Shown here in pieces: positions 57,901 through 64,000 of a DNA stretch of 64,000 bases (position 1 is the stretch's first letter; the number at the start of each line of letters is the position of its first letter). The notes beneath the pieces are model-generated. The model saw only the letters and a list, made by a program, of their open reading frames with translations, ran no database searches and was not told where the DNA came from. The stretch is from a virus. Its lineage: Duplodnaviria; Caudoviricetes. A program made the translations under genes and the position numbers. The stretch spans positions 40,674 through 104,673 of IMG/VR virus record IMGVR_UViG_3300028886_000066; one strand, 5' to 3'.

Positions 57901-60900
57901 GCACTGAAGAACTTCTTCAACTTCGTCTATTTCCACACGAGGAACATCCAGTGCTACGACAGCACGGAGAGCCACCTGCAGGCTGGCAGTCCCTACGCCA
58001 TCACCGAGAACGGATATGGCCAGCCGTCAACAAATATGCTCTACTGGGTATCGCAGGCTGACGGGGTGACAGGCTCGGCGAAGTACGACCTCTTCCGCTA
58101 TGACTCACTCAGAGGTGAGTGGCGGGCAGCAGGACTGAACGGAGCCACGCTGAACATGAGGACGCAATATGAGACGTTTGCAGCGGAACTGAGTCGCAGT
58201 ACCGATACATGGACGGGGCTTGCTCCTGCGGCCATCACTGCCAGTGCCAAGGCTATGAGGACGGCACACTTTGCCGCCAATGCCGAGGACTATATGCACG
58301 TAGACGACGGGCTGTTCCATCAGTCATTTGACCTCTTCTTCGCAGGAACTGACAACCGCGCAAAAAATACTTACTACTACGTTGATCCCGTGACGCTGAA
58401 GGTACGCTGGATGCAGGATGACCTCGACACCGTACTGAAGACCAACAACGTGGGTCAGCAGCGAAAGCCCTACTACGTGGAGATTCATGATAAGAACCAA
58501 TACGGAGAGTACTACTGGCAGGGCGAGGCCAGCGGCCTGTACAACCTGTTAGAGGAAGCCTTCAGTGACCGTCTGACAGCCACCATGAGGCACATGATGG
58601 AATCTATGGCCAAGATTCAGGGCTCGGCTATCAATTATCTCGTCTCGCGCGTATTACAGGCACAGGACTACTTCCCCGCTACGGCCTACAACGAAATGGC
58701 AAGACTGGTGTATGAGCGTGCCTCGATAGCACAGTCAACTGGTGAGTACGTGAACAACTCCGCACAGGCCATCACGCAGAGCAATGGTACACAGCGCTGG
58801 TCAGAATACCAGTGGCTTGTTGACCGCGTGATGTATATAAGCTCATGGTGTGAGTTTGGCGAGTTTGCGTCAGGAACGAACGCCGCAGGAGCACTAACGT
58901 GGAGAGGGCAGACAGGTACCTATGCCTTTACGCTGACACCCGCCAAGTGGCTCTATCCGCGAGTGGTACACGGCAGCAGCACAAAGGAGGCCAGCAACAC
59001 GGCCTACAGGGTGAGGGTGCAGAAGGGGCAGGCGTTTGCCTATAAGGCTTTCCAGAACGACGGTGATACTACTATCAGCATCCGTGGTATTGACTACTAC
59101 TCAGAAATCGGAGATATGAATGTCCCGCTGAGTGCCAGCCAGCAGACCACCTTTGACTTCGCAGGCAAGCGACTGAAGAAGGTGCATGTGAACGTAAATG
59201 GCACGGACACCAACCTCTTTGTGACGCAGCGAATCACCGTATCGGCCACTAACATTACGGAGTTTGTGGTTCGCGGTGTTGACACGCTGACAGGTGAGCT
59301 GGATTTGAGGCAGTGTGTAAGGCTGCAGAAGATAGACCTGCGCGGTGATACGATGGCCTCAGTGCGGCTGCCACAGACACGGACACTGACGGAGCTGCAC
59401 CTGCCCGCCACACTGGAGAGTCTGAACCTGACGGGCATGACGGCGCTGGAGACCTTCTCGCTGGCGGGTGCGGCTAACATCATAACCGCCGTGATACCGG
59501 GCGAGGCTCCGGCCAGCAAGAGCATCGCCACACAGCTCTACACGGAGCAGCAGACGACGAGGAAGCTGACAAGCCTGACCATGGAGAACGTGGAATGGAC
59601 GAACATCCCCACGCCGATGCTGATGTGGCTCGCCGACACGCAGACGATAGTACTGACGGGCAGCATCGCCATTGACAACCAGCCGACACTGACACTGCCG
59701 CAGGTGATAGGGCTGACGGGCAAGTTCGGTGACATCACCGACGAGGACAACAGCCTGTATATTGACTACACGACGGTACCCATCCAGAACTTCGGTATTG
59801 CCGGGCAGAAGTACTTCACCGCGACGGGACAGACGCAGTGGGAGGCCATCGTAGAGACGGGTAACGACATCGACTTCGTGGACGGCAAGCCTGCCATGGA
59901 GTGGAAGTTCGTCACTACGGACGGAAGCACGGAAACGGAGGTGGACGCCATCAGCGGTGTTATTGAACTGACGGACACCACGGAGGGTAAGGCTACCATC
60001 CTGAGCCTGAACGAGGCAGGCGACGAGACCCGCTACACCTTGCAGGCAACGCTGACACGGAGCAACGGCGACACCATCGTGAGACGGTGGAAGATTGGTC
60101 TGTATGACCGCACACCTAAGCGCGGCGACATCGCCTTTGCCGACGGTACCTTTGACGACGAGTTCCACTTCGGCAAGAGCTTTGTGGGATATGCCGTGAG
60201 GGTGACGGCCATCACAGGCGGCTACACGGTGGACGTGATGGCCAAGGACGAGGTGGGAAGCTGGGCTTGGGGCCCCTATCCCAATGACGACACCAACGGA
60301 CTAAAGAGCCTATACTCAGCCATCAGGGCGGCCAGCAACAACGTTACGCTCGATTCGTTCAATACCATTGGCTCGGGAACGTCGGACTACGACTCCGCGA
60401 ACAAGACCAAGAACATGGTTGACAGGGCCAAAGCCGTAGTGAACGGATGGGTGAAGGCCATGTGGGACAGCGTTGACTTGTCGGCTCCCGCCTTCGACGC
60501 GGAAGACACCTACGCCGTAGGCGAGACGGTGACGTATGAGGATGCGGTGTATATGTGCAAGACGGCTGTCAGCGAGGCAGGCGCATGGGACAGCAGCAAG
60601 TGGTCGGCGGTCACGGCGAGCAACCTTGCGCTCATGACATGGGCGAAGGGCTTGGCGGCTAACGGCACGCTTCCCGGGAATCGCACGGAGCTGGCTGACA
60701 TGATGAGCGCCTTCGTAGCACTGGAGGCAGCTCTCGGAGCCAGCAATACGGGACGTTTCCGTCAGGCGTTCTTCCATGCGGCATACGAGTGCCACCTGTA
60801 CGAGCCTACGGTGAATACGGGCGAGACGCTTGACAACCAGTACGCCAAAACAAAATGGGTACTGCCCGCCTGCGGTATGCTGAACCTGATATATCTGATG

Positions 60901-61209
60901 TTCCACGCCAGCCGCAATAAAACGAACAATGCACTGCCCTCCACGGCGTATGCCAACGAGGATAATACCGTGACGGATGCTAACTATCCGCTACAGGCCA
61001 ATATCATGGCGAGGTACGACGCGATAGGGCAGAACCCGCAGACGCTCAATATGGGCAGCAACAGCGGCTACTGGAGTTGTTCAGAGAACAGTGCCACCGG
61101 CGCCTGGAACGTGGTTTTCAGCATTGGTGGCGTCGGCACCGGCAACGGCAAGAACACCAGTTATGTTTGTAGGGCTGTCACTGCGTTCTACTATGCGCAC
61201 AGCGCATGA
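54940..61209 (+). CDS. DGR target: 2089-aa tail / receptor-binding protein (LamG-like, CotH-kinase-like, LRR-like, C-terminal C-type lectin fold)
   Basis: IYDIRVYTKALS (LamG-like); GQGTT..Y, DNRAKN, DDLDT (CotH-like); LRR-like repeats; WVLPA..YWSCSE..AW..CRAV C-terminus carrying the VR. Confidence 0.85.
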   Translation: MAKRIIIKNPQGFSFGSDWGGVNNTGATVNIYGTDIPDGAEWAVEKGAVEEVVKQATNGRVGCIRIVESQGGIGNTLLGFKDKADWLTWNALSAADKWGTVGQALIVTQQSMPFESSDTRSVRLTLQSTPAATQATTDVTLGIKGISTITYGTSGETEPVAEDLEIQIETRTSQNGQWVTRPSVIVQSNQQTFTEVSLKTYLSAGYNQVRVRAVGDNGGSPVTSIWTTLTLNVVALSLISATPVAIPVTGDELELRYYIGGAADKTLRLQFGHYVNSVFVADYSYETDSACVVPIGQEVFASVPKVVSLTPTSLSLTNILTEGSHVVRAMLYVSEDVKTDWVETEYMAIPAGSQAGTVVVVNQIGKGLENYSDVTFFRWAASEAGQVVFRLTNAGDTVEYARWEQTAVAGEEQALSTQLGIESEQAEITAYMRIEDSEGNELHDAVYFTINNNQDFAPVSGPVFVLQPSTRSNSEANPRTIINAATGQVVASEGWDSLDMVNDGYKDGALIVPAGSELRISFNALATLQNDEGAENGLTEKNVTIEIDMEESNITDDEAPVIKLGSYMNTVNDHDIYGLEVRPTEVALMTKNKRVREDQNAQWAEDRRTRITANIVYGLNPDNDPAGPRLNYARIFVNDTIEREFNYSSNDSFIKDTDAKLVIGGTGADTRIYDIRVYTKALSTSDVQRDHRAGLATTQQKMEWMQKNDIIGQSGEIDFEKAKNAGYNVLGHTGHLPKYGDENSGETKGQVSLLIHIDGDAAHSGILTALDSKGQGTTAMTYRDWNQQYKITDNTVFTAEDGTISEAGAGYILETGQAAAKKLVGKMNFASSMQGHKMGLTRAYDELFKQMVADGYLSEPSQFAIWRNAGNVGEPRLTVYEKPFLFFHRETENDPWTFCYLMTFGAGKGDKPTLGFDKTLTPHMMMVEGADNDRQLALFACPWDDDVTYNAEKEAWYIGNVKQINFGFGKTSKASGEEVPSDSDALTALKNFFNFVYFHTRNIQCYDSTESHLQAGSPYAITENGYGQPSTNMLYWVSQADGVTGSAKYDLFRYDSLRGEWRAAGLNGATLNMRTQYETFAAELSRSTDTWTGLAPAAITASAKAMRTAHFAANAEDYMHVDDGLFHQSFDLFFAGTDNRAKNTYYYVDPVTLKVRWMQDDLDTVLKTNNVGQQRKPYYVEIHDKNQYGEYYWQGEASGLYNLLEEAFSDRLTATMRHMMESMAKIQGSAINYLVSRVLQAQDYFPATAYNEMARLVYERASIAQSTGEYVNNSAQAITQSNGTQRWSEYQWLVDRVMYISSWCEFGEFASGTNAAGALTWRGQTGTYAFTLTPAKWLYPRVVHGSSTKEASNTAYRVRVQKGQAFAYKAFQNDGDTTISIRGIDYYSEIGDMNVPLSASQQTTFDFAGKRLKKVHVNVNGTDTNLFVTQRITVSATNITEFVVRGVDTLTGELDLRQCVRLQKIDLRGDTMASVRLPQTRTLTELHLPATLESLNLTGMTALETFSLAGAANIITAVIPGEAPASKSIATQLYTEQQTTRKLTSLTMENVEWTNIPTPMLMWLADTQTIVLTGSIAIDNQPTLTLPQVIGLTGKFGDITDEDNSLYIDYTTVPIQNFGIAGQKYFTATGQTQWEAIVETGNDIDFVDGKPAMEWKFVTTDGSTETEVDAISGVIELTDTTEGKATILSLNEAGDETRYTLQATLTRSNGDTIVRRWKIGLYDRTPKRGDIAFADGTFDDEFHFGKSFVGYAVRVTAITGGYTVDVMAKDEVGSWAWGPYPNDDTNGLKSLYSAIRAASNNVTLDSFNTIGSGTSDYDSANKTKNMVDRAKAVVNGWVKAMWDSVDLSAPAFDAEDTYAVGETVTYEDAVYMCKTAVSEAGAWDSSKWSAVTASNLALMTWAKGLAANGTLPGNRTELADMMSAFVALEAALGASNTGRFRQAFFHAAYECHLYEPTVNTGETLDNQYAKTKWVLPACGMLNLIYLMFHASRNKTNNALPSTAYANEDNTVTDANYPLQANIMARYDAIGQNPQTLNMGSNSGYWSCSENSATGAWNVVFSIGGVGTGNGKNTSYVCRAVTAFYYAHSA
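61061..61185 (+). repeat. DGR variable repeat (VR)
   Basis: 125-nt ungapped match to TR; 19 mismatches, all opposite TR adenines. Confidence 0.97.
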
Positions 61210-61222
61210 CTTTTTGCTTAAT

Positions 61223-61246
61223 GGTAGCGGCCTTAAAGCCGCTACC
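61223..61246 (+). promoter_or_regulatory. DGR cis-acting hairpin downstream of VR/IMH
   Basis: Perfect 9-bp stem GGTAGCGGC-CTTAAA-GCCGCTACC. Confidence 0.8.
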
Positions 61247-61392
61247 CTAAACAGAGGTAAGGAGATGAGTAGTAAGTAATAGAAAATGATGAACGAAAAA
61301 CAGGAAAAGGAAACCAAGAATGACGGTGAGCGGTACGGGACTTGCTCGAACAACGTCACCATCATCACAGAGAAAGGAGAACTAAAGGCAAT

Positions 61393-61833
61393 ATGGAACA
61401 GAGCACAGACAGGGTAGTCATCCCGAAAGAGACGGTGGAACAGAGCGAGGAGAAGAAACGCAGACACAGGACACTGCGCCAGATGCCCATCTACAGGGAC
61501 ATGGCCAACCTGAAGTATCTCGTCGTGATGCTCTACCAGAGAGTCCCGAAGAAGCTGACGCGGTATATTGACAGCATACTGTTGACGGTGTGCGAGTCAA
61601 AGAAATGTGTCGGAATGGCGCACGTCACGAGGAACGCCGCCGAGCGCATGGCCTATCTCGACATGGCCCGCGTCATGGTGGAGGACGTGCAGGATGACAT
61701 CACGATCGTCAAGCGCATGAACCTGATAGACAAAGATACAGAGGCAGACATGAAGCGGCTGGCAAAGAGCGTCGTCGCACAGGCAATAGCACTGCGCGAT
61801 TATACCTATGGCCAGGGTGTTCATAAGGAATGA
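61393..61833 (+). CDS. avd: DGR accessory variability determinant (Avd-like helical bundle)
   Basis: Basic, all-helical 146-aa protein between target gene and TR/RT. Confidence 0.8.
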   Translation: MEQSTDRVVIPKETVEQSEEKKRRHRTLRQMPIYRDMANLKYLVVMLYQRVPKKLTRYIDSILLTVCESKKCVGMAHVTRNAAERMAYLDMARVMVEDVQDDITIVKRMNLIDKDTEADMKRLAKSVVAQAIALRDYTYGQGVHKE

Positions 61834-61842
61834 TAAGTTGCG

Positions 61843-63267
61843 ATGAACAGAGTGTCATATAATCCGTTGAACGGGCGGCTCACTGCGGGACGTGGAGTCC
61901 TTGTCAGTTACGAAGGTGCAGAGCCGCGTCAAGACAGCAACTACTGGAGTTGTTCAGAGAACAATGCCAACAACGCCTGGAACGTGAATTTCAGCAATGG
62001 TAACGTCAACAACAACAACAACAAGAACAACAGTTATGTTTGTAGGGCTGTCACTGCGACCAGCGATTATGACGCCGTGCCTGCCGACTTCATTGCTTCT
62101 GTATGGGAGGCTTACGACGACTGTCTGCGCGGCAAGCGGCGCTCGGCACAGGCGACTGAATACATGGCGACGGCTGGCAGGGATATCCCGGAGCTGGCAC
62201 GGGAACTGTGGACGATGACCTACAGGCCGGGCACCTCCACCTGCTTCCTCGTGAGCTACCCGAAGTGGCGCGAGGTGTTTGCGGCCAGCTTCCGCGACCG
62301 CATCGTACACCACTGGATATGCCTGCGCCTGAACCCGCTGTTCGAGGAGCGGTTCCGCAGTCAGGGTGACGTGTCGTTCAACTGTCGCAAGGGACTGGGT
62401 ACGGAGCGGGCGGTGGAGTACCTGGCGGACGGGATGAGAACGATCAGCGACAACTACCATAAGGATGCGTGGGTGTTCTGCGGCGACCTGGAGGGCTTCT
62501 TCATGTCGATAGACAAGGGACTGCTCTGGTATCTGCTGGAGCGGTTCACAAAGAGGCGTTACAAGGGTGATGACAAGGAGATACTGCTGCACGCCGTCCG
62601 TGCCGTGGTGATGCACCGCCCTGAGCGGGACTGCGTGCTGAACTCGCCCGCAAGGTGGTGGGAGGAGAACGTGCCGAGGAACAAGAGCCTGTTCACGTCG
62701 CCGACGGGCGAGCCGATAGGCAACCTGACGACGCAGCTGTTCGCCAACTTCCTGATGTCATTCTTCGTGAGCTACGTCCAGAGGCTATACACGGACAGGA
62801 ACTACCGCCTGGTGCAGTTCGTGGACGATTTCGCCATCGTCTGCGACGACAAGCGGTTCCTGCTGGAGAGCATCGGAAAGATAGACCGCTTCCTGCGCGA
62901 GAAGATGAAGCTGACCATGCACAAGGATAAGCGGCACCTGCAGAAGGTGAGTCACGGCGTACTGTTCGTGGGCACATACATCAAGCCGGGCAGAATGTAC
63001 CTGAGCGAGCGGACGGTAAAGCGGATGCAGATGCGGACAGAGGAGATAAGGAAAGTGCTGTCGGGCGAAGAGGTATCGCCGACGGCCATACAGAGTGCGG
63101 AATGCACCATCAACTCCTACCTCGGCTTCTGCCGCCGCCGGCAGACCTACGGCATAAGGCGCAAGGTGATTGACGCCATGGGCGAGGTGTTCTGGAAGTA
63201 CTTCTACATCAAGGGACACTACGATAGCATCAGAACAAGAAACAGATATAAATTAACTTTAAATTGA
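61843..63267 (+). CDS. DGR reverse transcriptase (true start may be GTG 62077)
   Basis: FRDRIVHH; FNCRKGLGT; DLEGFFMSID; GEPIGNLTTQLFAN; QFVDDF; FVG. Confidence 0.95.
   Translation: MNRVSYNPLNGRLTAGRGVLVSYEGAEPRQDSNYWSCSENNANNAWNVNFSNGNVNNNNNKNNSYVCRAVTATSDYDAVPADFIASVWEAYDDCLRGKRRSAQATEYMATAGRDIPELARELWTMTYRPGTSTCFLVSYPKWREVFAASFRDRIVHHWICLRLNPLFEERFRSQGDVSFNCRKGLGTERAVEYLADGMRTISDNYHKDAWVFCGDLEGFFMSIDKGLLWYLLERFTKRRYKGDDKEILLHAVRAVVMHRPERDCVLNSPARWWEENVPRNKSLFTSPTGEPIGNLTTQLFANFLMSFFVSYVQRLYTDRNYRLVQFVDDFAIVCDDKRFLLESIGKIDRFLREKMKLTMHKDKRHLQKVSHGVLFVGTYIKPGRMYLSERTVKRMQMRTEEIRKVLSGEEVSPTAIQSAECTINSYLGFCRRRQTYGIRRKVIDAMGEVFWKYFYIKGHYDSIRTRNRYKLTLN
61934..62058 (+). ncRNA. DGR template repeat (TR)
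   Basis: AAC-rich copy of VR. Confidence 0.95.
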
Positions 63268-63274
63268 ACAGAAT

Positions 63275-63826
63275 ATGAGACAGAGATTTGACGAGAGACC
63301 ACAAGAAAAGGCGGTGTCAGTGGGAGTGGGTGTGATGTACACGACCATCTGCTACAACATCGTGGAGTTAGAGGACGGCACTTGGGAGGCCGACGTAGTG
63401 ACCATTGAGACCACGGGCGGCGAGCCTACGGACGAGCAGGTGCTGGTGGCCATCAAACAGGACAGGCTGACAGCACTGGAGGCTTATGACGTTTCCGATG
63501 CCGTGAACGGGTTTATCATCAGGACTGAGCAGGGGGACGTTGAAGACTGGCTTGACACGAAGAAACGCGGGAATGCACAGAGGGCTATTGATGCTGCCAA
63601 GAAGACTGGTGTCGAGACACTGGAGTATGTGATAGCGGGTATTCCCATCAGCCTTAGTGTTGAGGATGCGGACATGAAACTGGCACAGATTGAGATGTAT
63701 GCCGTGCAGTGTACTGCGGTGACTGAAAGGCATAGGGTGGCGATAGAATCGCTGCCTTCGGAGAAAGCGGTGGAGGGGTATGACTTCACACAGGGGTATC
63801 CGAGTAAGTTAATTTTTCCGATTTAG
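63275..63826 (+). CDS. DUF4376-like tail fibre assembly protein
   Basis: IEMYAVQC..VTERH..YDFTQGYP C-terminal pattern. Confidence 0.65.
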   Translation: MRQRFDERPQEKAVSVGVGVMYTTICYNIVELEDGTWEADVVTIETTGGEPTDEQVLVAIKQDRLTALEAYDVSDAVNGFIIRTEQGDVEDWLDTKKRGNAQRAIDAAKKTGVETLEYVIAGIPISLSVEDADMKLAQIEMYAVQCTAVTERHRVAIESLPSEKAVEGYDFTQGYPSKLIFPI

Positions 63827-63831
63827 AAGTT

Positions 63832-64000
63832 ATGATAATACTGACGCTTGTTTCACTGGCCTTAGCCGTTAGCGGCATGATAGTTATGATGCGCGGCGGC
63901 GTTCCCGAATCGGTCAGCGGGTTAGTATATAACCTTTCCGAGAGGATGCAGTGGTGGTGGTCGGCGTGGCTGATCGCCGTCGCTGCGTCTGTGCTGGTTC
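63832..64000 (+). CDS. membrane protein, runs off the window edge
   Basis: Hand-translated MIILTLVSLALAVSGMIVMMRGGVPESVSGLVYNL... Confidence 0.65.
   Translation, partial: MIILTLVSLALAVSGMIVMMRGGVPESVSGLVYNLSERMQWWWSAWLIAVAASVLV

Larger units (their letters stand above)
1..64000. mobile_element. Bacteroidales (Prevotella-like) siphovirus genome or prophage, partial
   Basis: TerL, portal, capsid, tail tube, tape measure, Dit, tail fibres and a DGR are present; Bacteroidetes TAnnTTTG promoters; no host housekeeping genes or integrase in the window. Confidence 0.95.

Noticed and set aside
38216-63789. Numerous minus-strand ORFs opposite tape measure, tail and RT genes
   Set aside because: Antisense shadows of biased codon usage with no motifs or initiation signals (45830-46384 excepted)
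1-64000. Stop-codon reassignment as in some Prevotella or crAss-like phages
   Set aside because: Long structural genes are intact in code 11 and TAG/TGA end genes normally; the only interruption found is one TAA

Overview
This window is part of a long-tailed dsDNA phage or prophage of a Bacteroidales host, probably Prevotella-like (TAnnTTTG promoters, A-rich starts without Shine-Dalgarno sites). Left to right: (1) 1-11.4 kb is a leftward early arm of about 35 small, unrelated ORFs, most preceded by the same ~45-70 bp hairpin-plus-leader element; it includes a ddrB-like ParB gene and a candidate type I toxin-antitoxin micro-locus. (2) 11.4-14.5 kb is a strongly strand-skewed, repeat-rich region with divergent promoters, possibly the genome end or origin. 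(3) A D5/SF3 helicase and small genes follow. (4) A leftward packaging block encodes an intein-containing TerL, portal, HNH endonuclease and gpF-like protein. (5) A rightward head-neck-tail operon contains a Stealth+DUF4422+GT2 triple glycosyltransferase, and both capsid and tail tube end in the same Ser-rich SSSE tag, suggesting a virion glycosylation system. (6) An uncharacterised multi-gene module precedes tape measure, Dit and tail-tip genes. (7) A complete diversity-generating retroelement (VR, hairpin, Avd, TR, RT) targets a 2089-aa tail protein that also has a CotH-kinase-like domain. All family assignments come from motif recognition by eye; no database searches were run.
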